Part shown: positions 29,159 to 41,139 of the stretch, in pieces
How the letters are laid out: every line of letters starts with the position of its first letter
How positions within the stretch are numbered: the stretch's first letter is position 1
DNA from: an uncultured Clostridia bacterium
Lineage (GTDB): Bacteria; Bacillota; Clostridia; TANB77; CAG-508
Direction: 5' to 3'
DNA: 64,000 nucleotides
Assembly (NCBI GenBank): GCA_948739805.1
Contig: CAPYID010000001.1
Coordinates: 65,856 to 129,855, forward strand
The notes under the pieces: generated by a model
The model's input: the letters and a program-made list of their open reading frames with translations, nothing else
Database searches by the model: none
What the model was told of the DNA's origin: nothing
Position numbers and translations under genes: made by a program

Positions 29159-30106
29159 TCACTTGTGAGTGTTTTTAGAATCCCTAATGTAATCTTTCAA
29201 CAACATAATAGCTTCTTCATAGTTATCCCTTTGAGCATACATGACTTTATCTTTATACTCCTGTATAGGGCTTTCCATTACTTTTAAAAATTCTTCTAGC
29301 AAGTTTAGTGGCTGTACATTTATTTCTAAAATAGTTGTAGTAGAATGCCTGTTATTAGGTTCTCTTTGCTTTTTTACTACCTTTTCAGAAACTACTGTAT
29401 AGTCACATGGAGGCAAAAGAATTTCATTTTCTTTATCTTTTCTCCTCTGCTCTTTAGGTCGAATAGATTTTACATCTAAACATTTTGTACCTTCGGGTAC
29501 ATGGATTTCTAACAATGTCCCTCTACTGAATTGCTTTGCAACATCATAGTTTGTAGTTGTTGATACTATCCCATTTACACCGTTTCTTTCTATGGTAGAG
29601 CATCCTCGATACAAAATAGTAGGAGATTCAATTCGAGGGGCATAGTCCAGTGCATCAGAAAACACTTTTAATTTTCTAATAAATCCTACGTCTATCGGAA
29701 AATATCCAACCTCAAGATCTTCCAGTTTTCCAAGATACCTCACCATATTCATAGAAAAGGCAAAGTCATCAAAAACATTAGGAAGAATGCCACTGATATC
29801 AAAATCAAAACCATGGAATTTATCTTCATCATAAAGAGCAAAGCTCCTTTTTCTGAAAAAGTTATTTACAAAGATTCCAGAATTTTGCTTATAACCAGCC
29901 AAAAAGGAATACAGCTCTGGCTTTAATCCATTTAACCTTTTTCGATTAATTGCCGCTTGTTGTTGTTCCAATTGACAGGCTTTCTTTTCTTCCTCTGGAA
30001 GATTTCGAATCATATCTGCTCGTATTCCAGCTAATGTGGATTTCCAATCTTGTGTGGAAGTTACATTTTTTTGAGAACTCCGTAATTGTTTTCTTTTATT
30101 ACTCAT
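29159..30106 (-). CDS. ADP-ribosyltransferase (R-S-ExE type, arginine-specific toxin-like) with N-terminal extension
   Basis: C-terminal half has ILYRG (Arg), IVSTTTN (STS-like) and KENEILLPP (ExE followed by hydrophobic residues), in the order characteristic of C2/iota/VIP2-class ARTs. RBS GAAGGAGG. Confidence 0.55.
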   Translation of the reverse strand: MSNKRKQLRSSQKNVTSTQDWKSTLAGIRADMIRNLPEEEKKACQLEQQQAAINRKRLNGLKPELYSFLAGYKQNSGIFVNNFFRKRSFALYDEDKFHGFDFDISGILPNVFDDFAFSMNMVRYLGKLEDLEVGYFPIDVGFIRKLKVFSDALDYAPRIESPTILYRGCSTIERNGVNGIVSTTTNYDVAKQFSRGTLLEIHVPEGTKCLDVKSIRPKEQRRKDKENEILLPPCDYTVVSEKVVKKQREPNNRHSTTTILEINVQPLNLLEEFLKVMESPIQEYKDKVMYAQRDNYEEAIMLLKDYIRDSKNTHK

Positions 30107-30341
30107 ATTGAGTTTACCTCCTTCTTATAAGTTGTCAATGTGCATAACTAAATTTATCTTTGTGTTACTTTTACCTCCTTTTTGAAATGAAATTGTAAAT
30201 ATACATGATTAACTGGTTATTAAACCAGAGATTAAAAAGGAAAATATGTACAAACAGTATAATAACTGTATAGGTTTATATTATATCAGATTAACGTTAA
30301 AAAGTCAAATTATGTAAATTTAAAAATGTCTATAGAAGTGT

Positions 30342-31325
30342 CTATCTTAACATTTTCCATATTCCATTTTTAGTAGATCCAACTCTTTCAATAATACCTT
30401 TTTCTTTCAGTGCTTTTATATTATATGATATTCCATCTCTTGTCAAATCAAGAATTTTAGCCATTTCAACTTGTGTAATACTTGGATTTTTTTTCATTAA
30501 ATCAATTATTTTTTCTTGTGTAGTCTTTTGTGTAGTTTCTTGTGTAGTTTCTTGTTGTTCTAAAATCATTCCATCAACTGCTTCATCAATAACTTCAAGC
30601 ATAAATTCTATAAATTCATTTGAATTACCAGCATTGTTGCAATTTTGAATTGCAGTATAATAGCCTTCTTGATGTTTTCTTATTATACTTTCTATAGGTA
30701 TATATTTAAATAACTCTTTCCAATGAGCAAGTATTGCTGTTTGCCAAAGTCTTGCTGTTCTTCCGTTTCCATCTGAAAATGGGTGTATAAATACAAATTC
30801 ATAATGGAATATAGAAGATAATATTAACGGATTAACAGTATCTTTTGCTTTATTCATCCAATTAAATAAGTTATCCATAAGTGTAGGCACCATTGTATGA
30901 GGTGGAGCCATAAAAATTTGCACATTTCCATCATAAACAGCCTCTCCGTGATTTCTAAACTTTCCACTATCATCTTCAATAGCAAAAGTTAGTATTCCTT
31001 GTATTTTCTTTAAGTCATCTACAGAATATGGATCAACATTATCAAGTTCTTCGTAAGCTTTATAGGCATTTTTGACTTCTTGAATATCTCTTTGTTCTCC
31101 AATTACAGCTTTTCCATTGATTACTGCCTCAACTTGAAATAGTGATAGTTGATTATTTTCGATAGCCAAAGAAGAATGAATTGATTTAATTCTTGTTTTT
31201 CTTCTTAATTCTGGGTATCTATTTAGACTTTCAAAATAATTAGCCTCTCCAATCTTTTCCATTATCTTTGTTGCTAGATTTAGCATTTTATCAGTAATTG
31301 TATATGGTGGGTAGTTTTCTTCCAT
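30342..31325 (-). CDS. Fic/DOC-family protein with C-terminal winged-helix domain
   Basis: Canonical Fic motif HPFSDGNGRTARL. C-terminal ...ITQVEMAKILDLTRDGISYNIKALKEKGIIERV is an HTH. Start at MEENYPP after GGAGG. Confidence 0.85.
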   Translation of the reverse strand: MEENYPPYTITDKMLNLATKIMEKIGEANYFESLNRYPELRRKTRIKSIHSSLAIENNQLSLFQVEAVINGKAVIGEQRDIQEVKNAYKAYEELDNVDPYSVDDLKKIQGILTFAIEDDSGKFRNHGEAVYDGNVQIFMAPPHTMVPTLMDNLFNWMNKAKDTVNPLILSSIFHYEFVFIHPFSDGNGRTARLWQTAILAHWKELFKYIPIESIIRKHQEGYYTAIQNCNNAGNSNEFIEFMLEVIDEAVDGMILEQQETTQETTQKTTQEKIIDLMKKNPSITQVEMAKILDLTRDGISYNIKALKEKGIIERVGSTKNGIWKMLR

Positions 31326-31370
31326 TTCAAAACCTCCAATTTTGCCACCACTGGTGGCAATTTTCATTTA

Positions 31371-32258
31371 TTATTTATTTCTTGCCCTACTTTTATAAAC
31401 ATTTTCTTGATTTTTACAACTAAATGTATCATATTCAGTTTTTGGGTTTGGTGCTGTAAATGCTTTTCCACAATGTTTACAAAGTTTCAAATATTTCTTC
31501 TCTTCAATTGCAAATAATTTAAAATCTTCATCTATGTATTCTTTTAAACTTCTTACATGTATTGTAATTCCGTTATATTCTAAATTAGTTCTAATATGAT
31601 TTGATTCTAGCTTTTCAATTAAATAATCATCTATATGTTCGCAATCTTCTTTTTTCAATTCTTTTAATATGTTATATAAAGTCTGTGCATAATTTACTAT
31701 CATATCTGCTCGTTCATAGTATTTTTCGTTTTTATAGTATAACTCGTTTAAATCTGGAGTAATAAATTTTTCCATACTATGCTGACAAATAAGTTTATTA
31801 CTTTTTTCTATCAATTCTTTTATTTCTTCTTTACTTGCTGTTGGAAAGAATATTTTAAAATAATCTAGTATGTCCATTGTATTAAAGCAATCATAATATT
31901 CTTTGCCTGTTACATTATTAAATTCTTTTAACAATACCTTTTTATCTAATGTATAATATCTATTTACTGGCAAATTATGAATTAATCCTAAAAGCCCATA
32001 TTGATTTACAAATTCTAGTAATAAACTATCAGTTTTTTCTCCATTTTCTAATGATAGTTTTCCTAAATTTATAAAATCTATTAACGGCTTATCATTTTCT
32101 TCATAATCATCAAAACTAATCACAGTATAATTTGACATATTTATAGTATTATCAATTTTAGGTACAACATATTTAATATTGTTTATAACTTTTATTTCAT
32201 ATTCTTCAAACTTCGGTAAAGACTCATTATTAAAGCCATATTCTAAATCAAATCTCAT
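31371..32258 (-). CDS. hypothetical protein with C-terminal CxxC...C zinc-ribbon-like motif
   Basis: Co-directional and contiguous with the Fic gene (4 nt gap). C-terminus ends LCKHCGKAF...FSCKNQ. Confidence 0.4.
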   Translation of the reverse strand: MRFDLEYGFNNESLPKFEEYEIKVINNIKYVVPKIDNTINMSNYTVISFDDYEENDKPLIDFINLGKLSLENGEKTDSLLLEFVNQYGLLGLIHNLPVNRYYTLDKKVLLKEFNNVTGKEYYDCFNTMDILDYFKIFFPTASKEEIKELIEKSNKLICQHSMEKFITPDLNELYYKNEKYYERADMIVNYAQTLYNILKELKKEDCEHIDDYLIEKLESNHIRTNLEYNGITIHVRSLKEYIDEDFKLFAIEEKKYLKLCKHCGKAFTAPNPKTEYDTFSCKNQENVYKSRARNK

Positions 32259-32538
32259 ATTTTTTCTCCAATCTAAAAATTTTTTCAAAAATTTCGCAGT
32301 AATATATTGACATTAGTAAAATATTACAGTATAATTTTAAATATGTAATATATTTATCAATTATAAATATTACTTTTATTTTTAAGATAATACTTAACAT
32401 CTACAAATATATTACATTAAAATATAACAAATGTCAACACATATACAAAAATAAATAGCGTTATATGGGATTTTTATGCCTAAAATAATGCAAGTAAAAA
32501 ATATTAGTACATATTTAAAGGGAAGGAGGTTTTTGACA

Positions 32539-33009
32539 TTGAATAAGAAAGATGAAATTTTGAAATTGTATTATGAAGATCATTTGAAACAACAAGATAT
32601 TGCACAAAAAGTTAAAGTTTCTCAAGGTTATGTATCGCAAGTTATAAAAACTGATAAAAGATATAATTCAAATAAAGAAACTAAACACAAATCATCTATG
32701 ATTAGAAAGGCAACTTATAATAAAGAATATTATAAAACTTATAAGCGACCTAAAAAAGATGATAATTCATATCGAGAAATGCAAGCCCAGCTTGAAAAAG
32801 ATATTGCTGAATTATCTTATTATCATAACTATAATATGTCTGATTATGATTTTGTAAAATGTAATTCAAGTGCTTATCATAGAAATAGCAAAGGTAATTT
32901 ATCATTAGTAAATGGATTAACAGTTGGGGTTGATGTTCCTAGAACGGTAAATATGAATATCAAAGTGCCAACTCAAAAGTACAAATACAAATGCTGTATG
33001 AGTTATTAA
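32539..33009 (+). CDS. HTH-domain (sigma-70 region 4-like) regulatory protein
   Basis: HTH LKQQDIAQKVKVSQGYVSQVIK. Probable TTG start 8 nt after GGAGG. An upstream ATG at 32476 is possible. Confidence 0.45.
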   Translation: MNKKDEILKLYYEDHLKQQDIAQKVKVSQGYVSQVIKTDKRYNSNKETKHKSSMIRKATYNKEYYKTYKRPKKDDNSYREMQAQLEKDIAELSYYHNYNMSDYDFVKCNSSAYHRNSKGNLSLVNGLTVGVDVPRTVNMNIKVPTQKYKYKCCMSY

Positions 33010-33080
33010 AAATTTGTTTAAGACTTCTATTTAGAGGTCTTTTTATTTTACCCAGATTGACAAAACAGGAGGAATTAGAG

Positions 33081-33215
33081 ATGAGTGAAAAATCAAAAAA
33101 GAAAAATGAAATAGTTATAATAAATAAATTCAAAGACACTGGTGCAGAAAGTGTAACAACTACACTTATAAAAGTTTTTGAAATATTTTGTAATATGCAA
33201 ATGTCTAAAAGATAA
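33081..33215 (+). CDS. small hypothetical protein (44 aa) upstream of recombinase
   Basis: CAGGAGGAATTAGAG-ATG RBS. Confidence 0.3.
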   Translation: MSEKSKKKNEIVIINKFKDTGAESVTTTLIKVFEIFCNMQMSKR

Positions 33216-33283
33216 TAAACAAAGACAGATTTTAGTTTCCATCTATATTTTTAGCTATTGATTTTTATATTAAGTTATGTTAA

Positions 33284-34891
<1,608 letters not shown>

Positions 34892-34944
34892 AAAGATGTA
34901 AACTCATTAAACAACTCAGCTATAAAACTCGTGGGCAAATATGA

Positions 34945-35386
34945 TAATATAATGGTATTAAGAAGTGCCTCAAAATTTTACGGACTGCCTAATCATAGAG
35001 TAGGTTATATGTTTGCAGACAAAGAATTAGTAAAAATATATAATGAAATTGCAATACCATTTCCATTTTCAGATTTATCCGCTAGTGTTTTTATCAAAGT
35101 TTTAAAAGACTATGATAAATTAGAATTTACAAAACAAAAAACAATAGAAGTAAATAAAAAGATATATAACGCAATAAAGAAAGAAAATTACCTTTGTACA
35201 AATATAGAAACACCAATATTTACAATAAAAACAAATAAATATGATAATTTAACTAAGCAATTGATGAAGGAGGGAATTATCGCTGAGAACTGTAGTTATT
35301 TTATAAATTTAGATAACACATATGCACGAATAAGAATTAACAAAGATTATGAACAAATAATAAAAATACTTTCAAAAATATTATAA
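34945..35386 (+). pseudogene. hisC-like aminotransferase, 3' portion (continues 26358-26994)
   Basis: NIMVLRSASKFYGLPNHRVGY contains the PLP-lysine motif of class I/II aminotransferases. No independent start/RBS. Confidence 0.65.
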
Positions 35387-35400
35387 AGGAGTCAAAATAA

Positions 35401-35883
35401 ATGGAAAATGAGGTATATAAACTATTAGATAAATTAAACATTGAATATACAAAAATAGAACATCCACCGTTATTTACTTGCGAAGATAACGAAAAATATA
35501 ATATAAAATTTGATGCAGTAGTATGTAAAAATCTTTTTATAAGAAATAACAATAAAAGTCAATATTATGTGGTTTCTTTACCTTTAGAGAAAAGAGTAGA
35601 TTTAAAATCATTACAAATGATATTAGGAGAAAAAAGATTAAGTTTTGGAAATGAAAATGTACTAGAAGAAAAACTTGGAATAAAGAGTGGAGCAGTTTCA
35701 ATATTTAATATTATCAATTTAAAAGACAAAGATATTAGTTTTATACTAGATGAAGATATATTAAAATACGAAAAAGTAGGTTTTCATCCAAATATAAATA
35801 CAGAAACAGTAATATTTAATCCAAAAGAATTGCACAGAATATTTGAGTGTTATGATGTAAAATATAAATTTATTAAAATGTAG
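35401..35883 (+). CDS. YbaK/ProX-like aminoacyl-tRNA deacylase domain protein
   Basis: KNLFIRNNNKSQYYVVSLP...LGIKSGAVSIFNIIN matches the YbaK/ProRS-associated editing domain. Confidence 0.7.
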   Translation: MENEVYKLLDKLNIEYTKIEHPPLFTCEDNEKYNIKFDAVVCKNLFIRNNNKSQYYVVSLPLEKRVDLKSLQMILGEKRLSFGNENVLEEKLGIKSGAVSIFNIINLKDKDISFILDEDILKYEKVGFHPNINTETVIFNPKELHRIFECYDVKYKFIKM

Positions 35884-36199
35884 CGCATGTAACTTTATGA
35901 CATTTTTACCGAAAAAAATAAAATTTTTAAGTCTATTCGACAAGAAACAACAAATTTTTCACTTTAAAAGTGCTATAATATTTACAAGAATTTCCAATAA
36001 TGTGCCTAAAATACAAAAGAAAAGAGGTAATATAGAAAAGAGAAAAAATAAAATTATTATGTACTAGCAGTCAAAATAGTCAATGTAATAACAAGCAATG
36101 ATTATTTTGGCTATTTTTTTATACTTTTGAAGATTTACATAAAATCGAAAGAAAAATCACATTTGGATTTCCGAATCTCGAAAGAGAGGAGGTGATATT

Positions 36200-36580
36200 A
36201 TGCCAAGTGAATTTAATAACGATATTGTTTTTGCTAGATTTATAAATTACATGAAAAAAGCATTATTACATAAAAGAATAAACTACTTAAAACATTGTAA
36301 ATTTTTAAAAGAGCAAGAACTGCAATTAGAAGATAAGGAATGGAACGTGTTGTCTAGCAAGGATAATATGGTACATTCCTTTTTTGCATTTAATGGGAAA
36401 GATGAACAAAGTATTTTAAAAATACTTACTGAAAAACAAAGACAAGTTATTACTGCAATTTACTATGAAGAAAAGACTATTGAAACTATTGCTAAAGATT
36501 TAAAACTTACACCTAATGCAATATATCAAATAAAGTTTAGGGCTATAGAAAAGTTAAATAAATATTTGAAGGGGGAATAG
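36200..36580 (+). CDS. sigma-70 region 4-like regulator (Tn916 Orf7-like)
   Basis: C-terminal HTH EEKTIETIAKDLKLTPNAIYQIKFRAIEKLNKYL (sigma r4/LuxR-like). GAGAGGAGG RBS. Confidence 0.5.
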   Translation: MPSEFNNDIVFARFINYMKKALLHKRINYLKHCKFLKEQELQLEDKEWNVLSSKDNMVHSFFAFNGKDEQSILKILTEKQRQVITAIYYEEKTIETIAKDLKLTPNAIYQIKFRAIEKLNKYLKGE

Positions 36581-36582
36581 GG

Positions 36583-36804
36583 ATGGAAAATAAAACAGAA
36601 TTTTATAAGTTATTAAATAAAGCTAAATATGATGAAAAGGCTCTGACATTAGTAATTGAACAAATAATGCCATTAATAAATAGTTATTCTTTAAAAAATA
36701 ACAAAATAGATGAAGATTTAAAAAGTGAATTAATAGAATATAGCATATTACTAATAAAATCAGAAAATTTCGCAGATAAACTAGCAAATTATAAAAAAAT
36801 TTAA
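36583..36804 (+). CDS. small regulatory protein (Tn916 Orf8-like, putative)
   Basis: 73 aa, translationally coupled (3 nt after the preceding stop) to the sigma-like gene. Confidence 0.35.
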   Translation: MENKTEFYKLLNKAKYDEKALTLVIEQIMPLINSYSLKNNKIDEDLKSELIEYSILLIKSENFADKLANYKKI

Positions 36805-36879
36805 AAAAATTTTTTATAAATCGTAAGATTTTGAATTTTCAGTTGCTGTTCTTATTGAGAAGTAAAAAAACTCAAAAAA

Positions 36880-37200
36880 ATATAAAGAACATTGACAACT
36901 GAATAGTATTCATTAGATACACCCCTATTATTGCTAGAAATAGTGAGCCATCTTAACAGGTACGCCAAGACCTTATATTAAGTGAGCGAGTAATACTGAA
37001 GTTATAAATATTGAATAGCTATCAATATGGCGATGATAAATAATAGGCATAATGATACTTTTGTCTAGTCATAGTTTGAGCGTGAAAAAACCGTCCCACA
37101 CAATGAGGACAAGCCTGTTATAACAGGTATGGTGGGTGCAGAGCCACCTATGGGCGATTAGCTATTGCCGTCTAATGAATTATAAAAATAAAGCAGAGAG
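36880..37200. other. GC-elevated structured noncoding island (unassigned RNA candidate)
   Basis: ~320 bp with no ORF and GC clearly above the flanks. Several hairpins (cctgttataacagg, ggtgg-gtgcagag-ccacc) and repeated GGCGAT / AATAGCTAT motifs. Confidence 0.2.
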
Positions 37201-37211
37201 GTAAAAAAACA

Positions 37212-37346
37212 ATGATAGTAATAATATTAATTTTTATTATAATAGCAATATTTACATATATGATAATTCGTGGTGGAAATATGCAAAAGACACCGACAGA
37301 ACGAGAAATTGAAGATAAAGAACAAATGAAAATATAGATGAAATTA
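37212..37346 (+). CDS. small TM peptide with charged tail (44 aa; type I toxin-like or unusual antitoxin position)
   Basis: MIVIILIFIIIAIFTYMIIRGGNMQKTPTEREIEDKEQMKI. AGAGAGG RBS. Ends 5 nt before the mazF-like gene. Confidence 0.25.
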
Positions 37347-37351
37347 ACAAA

Positions 37352-37735
37352 ATGGAGGAAATAAAATTGGAAATAAGAAGAGAAACAAGGCAAGTATTTA
37401 GAGGAGAAATATATTATGCTAATCTTTCTGGAGCAATAGGGAGTGAACAACAAGGAACAAGACCAGTGCTTATAGTACAAAATAATACTGGAAATGTACA
37501 TTCTCCAACAGTAATGGTACTTCCTATAACTAAAAAGTTAGATATTATAAATCCACAACCAACGCATATTGATATTAAAAATTTTTGTGGATTAGATTAT
37601 GAGTGTACGATACTTGCTGAACAGATAAGAACAATAGATAAAAGCAGATTACGTGGAAAAATTGGAAACTTACCATATAAGATGATAAAAACAGTAAATG
37701 AGGCAATGCAAATTGCACAAGGAATAAAGAATTAA
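37352..37735 (+). CDS. MazF/PemK-family endoribonuclease toxin
   Basis: RGEIYYANL...GSEQQGTRPVLIVQNN...VMVLPITKK is the PemK/MazF fold signature. Alternative TTG start at 37370 after GGAGG. Confidence 0.8.
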   Translation: MEEIKLEIRRETRQVFRGEIYYANLSGAIGSEQQGTRPVLIVQNNTGNVHSPTVMVLPITKKLDIINPQPTHIDIKNFCGLDYECTILAEQIRTIDKSRLRGKIGNLPYKMIKTVNEAMQIAQGIKN

Positions 37736-37798
37736 ATAGTAATATGAAGAAATAGGTATAATGATTACTTGTTTCTTTTTTATTGGAAAGGAATAGAA

Positions 37799-38197
37799 AT
37801 GGAAGAAAATATAATAGAAAAATTACTATATGAGAGATATTCAGTAAAACAAATGATAGGGTATTTTATAGTAGGATATGATAATGCAACAGATAAAAAT
37901 GATTTCAATAAAATCTTAGACAATATTACAACAACTATTGTAAGCGTAAATAAAAGTAAAATTTTAGATGTAATTGATGTAAAATTCATAGAAAACATTG
38001 AATTATATTGGAATTTAACTATTGAACAAGTTCTTTGCTATGGATACATAGTATTTGAATATCTTATGAATACAACACAGAAAATAAAATCAAAAGATAT
38101 TGTAAATGAATTTAATATAATAGCCAAAATCTATTCTCCAGATAATGCAGTTGAATATGCTAACAAAAAGAGTAGGAGGCTAAAATGCACAGAGTAA
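37799..38197 (+). CDS. hypothetical protein
   Basis: ORF from MEENIIEK. No motif. Confidence 0.35.
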   Translation: MEENIIEKLLYERYSVKQMIGYFIVGYDNATDKNDFNKILDNITTTIVSVNKSKILDVIDVKFIENIELYWNLTIEQVLCYGYIVFEYLMNTTQKIKSKDIVNEFNIIAKIYSPDNAVEYANKKSRRLKCTE

Positions 38198-38469
38198 ATA
38201 ATATATCTAAATTAGAAAACAAAATTAAATATTATAGAGATATCGAAATTGATAATATTAATAGTGAACAAGTAACTGATATTAATAAAATAAAAATAAA
38301 TAAAAGAAAATCAAGTGTTATAAGAATACTTGATTTTTTACGATATGTAGAAAATCCATATATGATAAAAGTGAATGAAACAATTGTAAAAATGCAATTT
38401 TCTACTAAACCCATTAAAGCAGAAGAATGCATAAATCAATTATTTTATAACCTATATCTAAAACATTAA
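38185..38469 (+). CDS. hypothetical protein (94 aa)
   Basis: ORF overlapping the previous gene's end by 13 nt. Confidence 0.3.
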   Translation: MHRVNNISKLENKIKYYRDIEIDNINSEQVTDINKIKINKRKSSVIRILDFLRYVENPYMIKVNETIVKMQFSTKPIKAEECINQLFYNLYLKH

Positions 38470-38572
38470 TTATAAATGATTTCAAGTGTGCAATTATTTA
38501 TTTTACACATTTAACAACAAAGTAAAAATCAAATAAGATTATTGTATACAAATACGAGAAAGGAGAAAACAG

Positions 38573-40274
38573 ATGGGAGGTAGAGTTTCAAGATATGATG
38601 AATTACAAAAGGCTAAGTCAAAAGGTATAAGGGTATGGTCTATAGCAGAATATATAAGATTATCTGTAGAAGATGGCGATGACAAAGTTGAAAGTAATAG
38701 TATTATTAATCAAAGAGCTTTATTAAATGATTTCCTTAAAAATAATCTAGAATTAAAACTGTATGATTACTATATTGATGATGGATATTCTGGAACAGAT
38801 TTTAATAGACCACGGATTTCAGAGATTATTAAAAGATATGAAAGCCAAAAAATTTGATGCAATAATTGTAAAAGATTTATCAAGACTAGGAAGAAATTAT
38901 ATAGAAGTAGGAAATTATATAGAGCAAATATTTCCATTATTTGATATTAGATTTATTGCAGTAAATGATAATATAGATAGCTATAAAGACCCAAAGTCTA
39001 TAAATAATGTAATGGTTCCATTTAAAAATTTAATGAATGATGAGTATTGTAGAGATATTTCTAATAAAATAAGGTCTGTTTTTGAAATAAAAAAGAAAAA
39101 TGGAGAGTTTATAGGTTCATTTGCTCCTTATGGTTATATAAAAGACCCAAACGATAAGCACCATTTAATTGTTGACCCAGAGTCTGCGAGTACAGTGAAA
39201 TTGATATTCAAGTTGTCATTAGAGGGTATGGGAAGAACTACAATAGCACATAACTTAAATGAATTAGGTATTTTAAATCCGTTAGGGTATAGAATAAAAG
39301 TATTAAATATGAATTGGAAAAGTAAAAAAATAAATAAAGATTACAGTTTTGCTTGGGATACAACAACAGTAAATTCTGTATTGAAAAATCAAATATATTG
39401 TGGAGATATGATACAAAACAAAGGAAAACTTATAAGTTATAAAGTACACAAACATATTAAAAATCCAGAAGATGAATGGATTATAGTTAAAAATACTCAC
39501 GAAGCAATAATTGATAGGGAAACTTTTGATAAAGTGCAAGAGGCAATAATGTCGAGAGATACTAGATTAGGAAAAGATGGAAATTTATCTATTTTTGCAG
39601 GACATATAAAATGTGCAGATTGTAAGAGGGCAATGGTAAAAAGGCAAAGCTCATATTACAAAAATAAGCCTAGAAAATATTATTATTATGCTTGTTCTAC
39701 TTTTTTTAGAAAGTCGATAGGTTTATGTACTAAACATTCAATAAGAAATGATAGATTGGAAGAGGCAGTTTTAGAGGCTGTAAAGTTACAAATAAGTCTA
39801 GTTATAGATGCAGATAAAATTATAAGGAATATAAGTAAATCAAAGAAATTTAATTATAAAATGGATACAGTTTCTAATAATATTGATAGACAGGAGAGAG
39901 AGCTAGATAAATATAAAAAATTAAAAAAATCTACTTATGAAGATTGGAAATTTGGAATTATTAAAGAAGATGAGTATTATGAGTATGTAAAAGGATATGA
40001 AGATAAGATTCAACAATTAGATAGTTCATTAAAAAAGCTATATATTGAAAGAGCAACAGCAAGTAATAAAAATCAATATGATAGTGGATGGATTGAAAAG
40101 TTTGAAACAAATAAAAATATAAAAGAATTATCTAAAGAGGTTATTGATGACTTAATAGAAGATATATATGTTCACGAAGGTGGAAATATAACTATTAAAT
40201 TTAAGTTTCAAGATGAATATCAAAATGTAGTAGACTATATTAAAGAAAATAAATATTTATTAGAAGATAAATAA
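38573..40274 (+). pseudogene. large serine recombinase of the ICE (TndX-like), disrupted by +1 lesion at 38813
   Basis: 38573-38812 plus 38814-40274 gives a continuous protein ...YIDDGYSGTDFNRP-GFQRLLKDMKAKKFDAIIVKDLSRLGRNY..., closely parallel to the intact recombinase at 33335. The break is an extra C (cca-c-gga). Zinc ribbon CADCKR...CSTFF...C and coiled-coil tail present. Confidence 0.8.
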
Positions 40275-40276
40275 TA

Positions 40277-40316
40277 AAAAGATATTAAGATTGATATTAG
40301 ATTTTAATATCTTTTC
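40277..40316 (+). terminator. stem-loop terminator after ICE recombinase
   Basis: aaaagatattaa-gattgatattagatt-ttaatatctttt inverted repeat followed by a T-rich run. Confidence 0.5.
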
Positions 40317-40460
40317 TTATATGATAAAATATAGAGAATATATAGAAAATTTTAAATAAATATGATATATTAATTGTGATTTTAAGTAAAAAATTACTAA
40401 TTATAAGGAAATAAAAACAACAATTTTATAAAGAATAGCAATAATTAGGGGAATTTTATT

Positions 40461-41012
40461 ATGTGTCAAAAAATAGCAATTTCAGAGGAAAGTAGATATA
40501 ATTGCCACAATCAAGCAAAGCCAGAATTACCAATAGGTTACGAGCTACCTAGTAGAACGAATATACAAGTAAAAAAGATAGAAAATAAAGAAAATTATAT
40601 AGACCTATTGTTAGAAGCAGATCCTTCAAAAGATATGATACATAAGTATTTGAACGATTCTGATGTGTATGGATTAAAAGTTGATGAAGAAATAGTTTCA
40701 GTTGCTGTAATTTTGCACATTGATAAAAATACATTAGAATTAAAAAATTTAGTTACCAAAGAAGAATATAGAGGAAAAGGATATAGCGAAAAATTATTAA
40801 AGTCATTATGTGGTAATTATAAACAGAAATACAATAAGATGTTAGTAGGAACAACAGAAAATAATATTCCATTCTATGTAAAGCAAGGTTTTGATAAATA
40901 TGAGAAAACAATAAAGAATTTCTTTGTAGATAATTATGAAAAAGAAATAAAGGATGGAGAATTAGTTTGTACTGATATGATATATTATTCTAAACATTTA
41001 AAAAAGAGATAG
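40461..41012 (+). CDS. GNAT-family acetyltransferase
   Basis: ...EEYRGKGYSEKLLKSL motif A. ...NIPFYVKQGFDKYEK C-terminal GNAT strand. Confidence 0.7.
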   Translation: MCQKIAISEESRYNCHNQAKPELPIGYELPSRTNIQVKKIENKENYIDLLLEADPSKDMIHKYLNDSDVYGLKVDEEIVSVAVILHIDKNTLELKNLVTKEEYRGKGYSEKLLKSLCGNYKQKYNKMLVGTTENNIPFYVKQGFDKYEKTIKNFFVDNYEKEIKDGELVCTDMIYYSKHLKKR

Positions 41013-41139
41013 ATAAAGTAAGTTATATTAGAATAGGTACAAGTCATTTATTTTAAATATAGAAGACAATTAATGGGGCAATATAATAATAGTAGTAAAC
41101 TACATAAATAATTATAAGATAAAACATAAGGAGGTATTT

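Noticed and set aside
34931-35386. Independent gene starting GTG 34931 (MGKYDN...)
   Set aside because: It has no RBS. It is the continuation of the aminotransferase interrupted at 26994.
36880-37200. tmRNA, tRNA or SRP RNA assignment for the GC-rich island
   Set aside because: No tRNA-like acceptor/T-arm (GGTTCGANTCC) and no tag ORF. Left unassigned.
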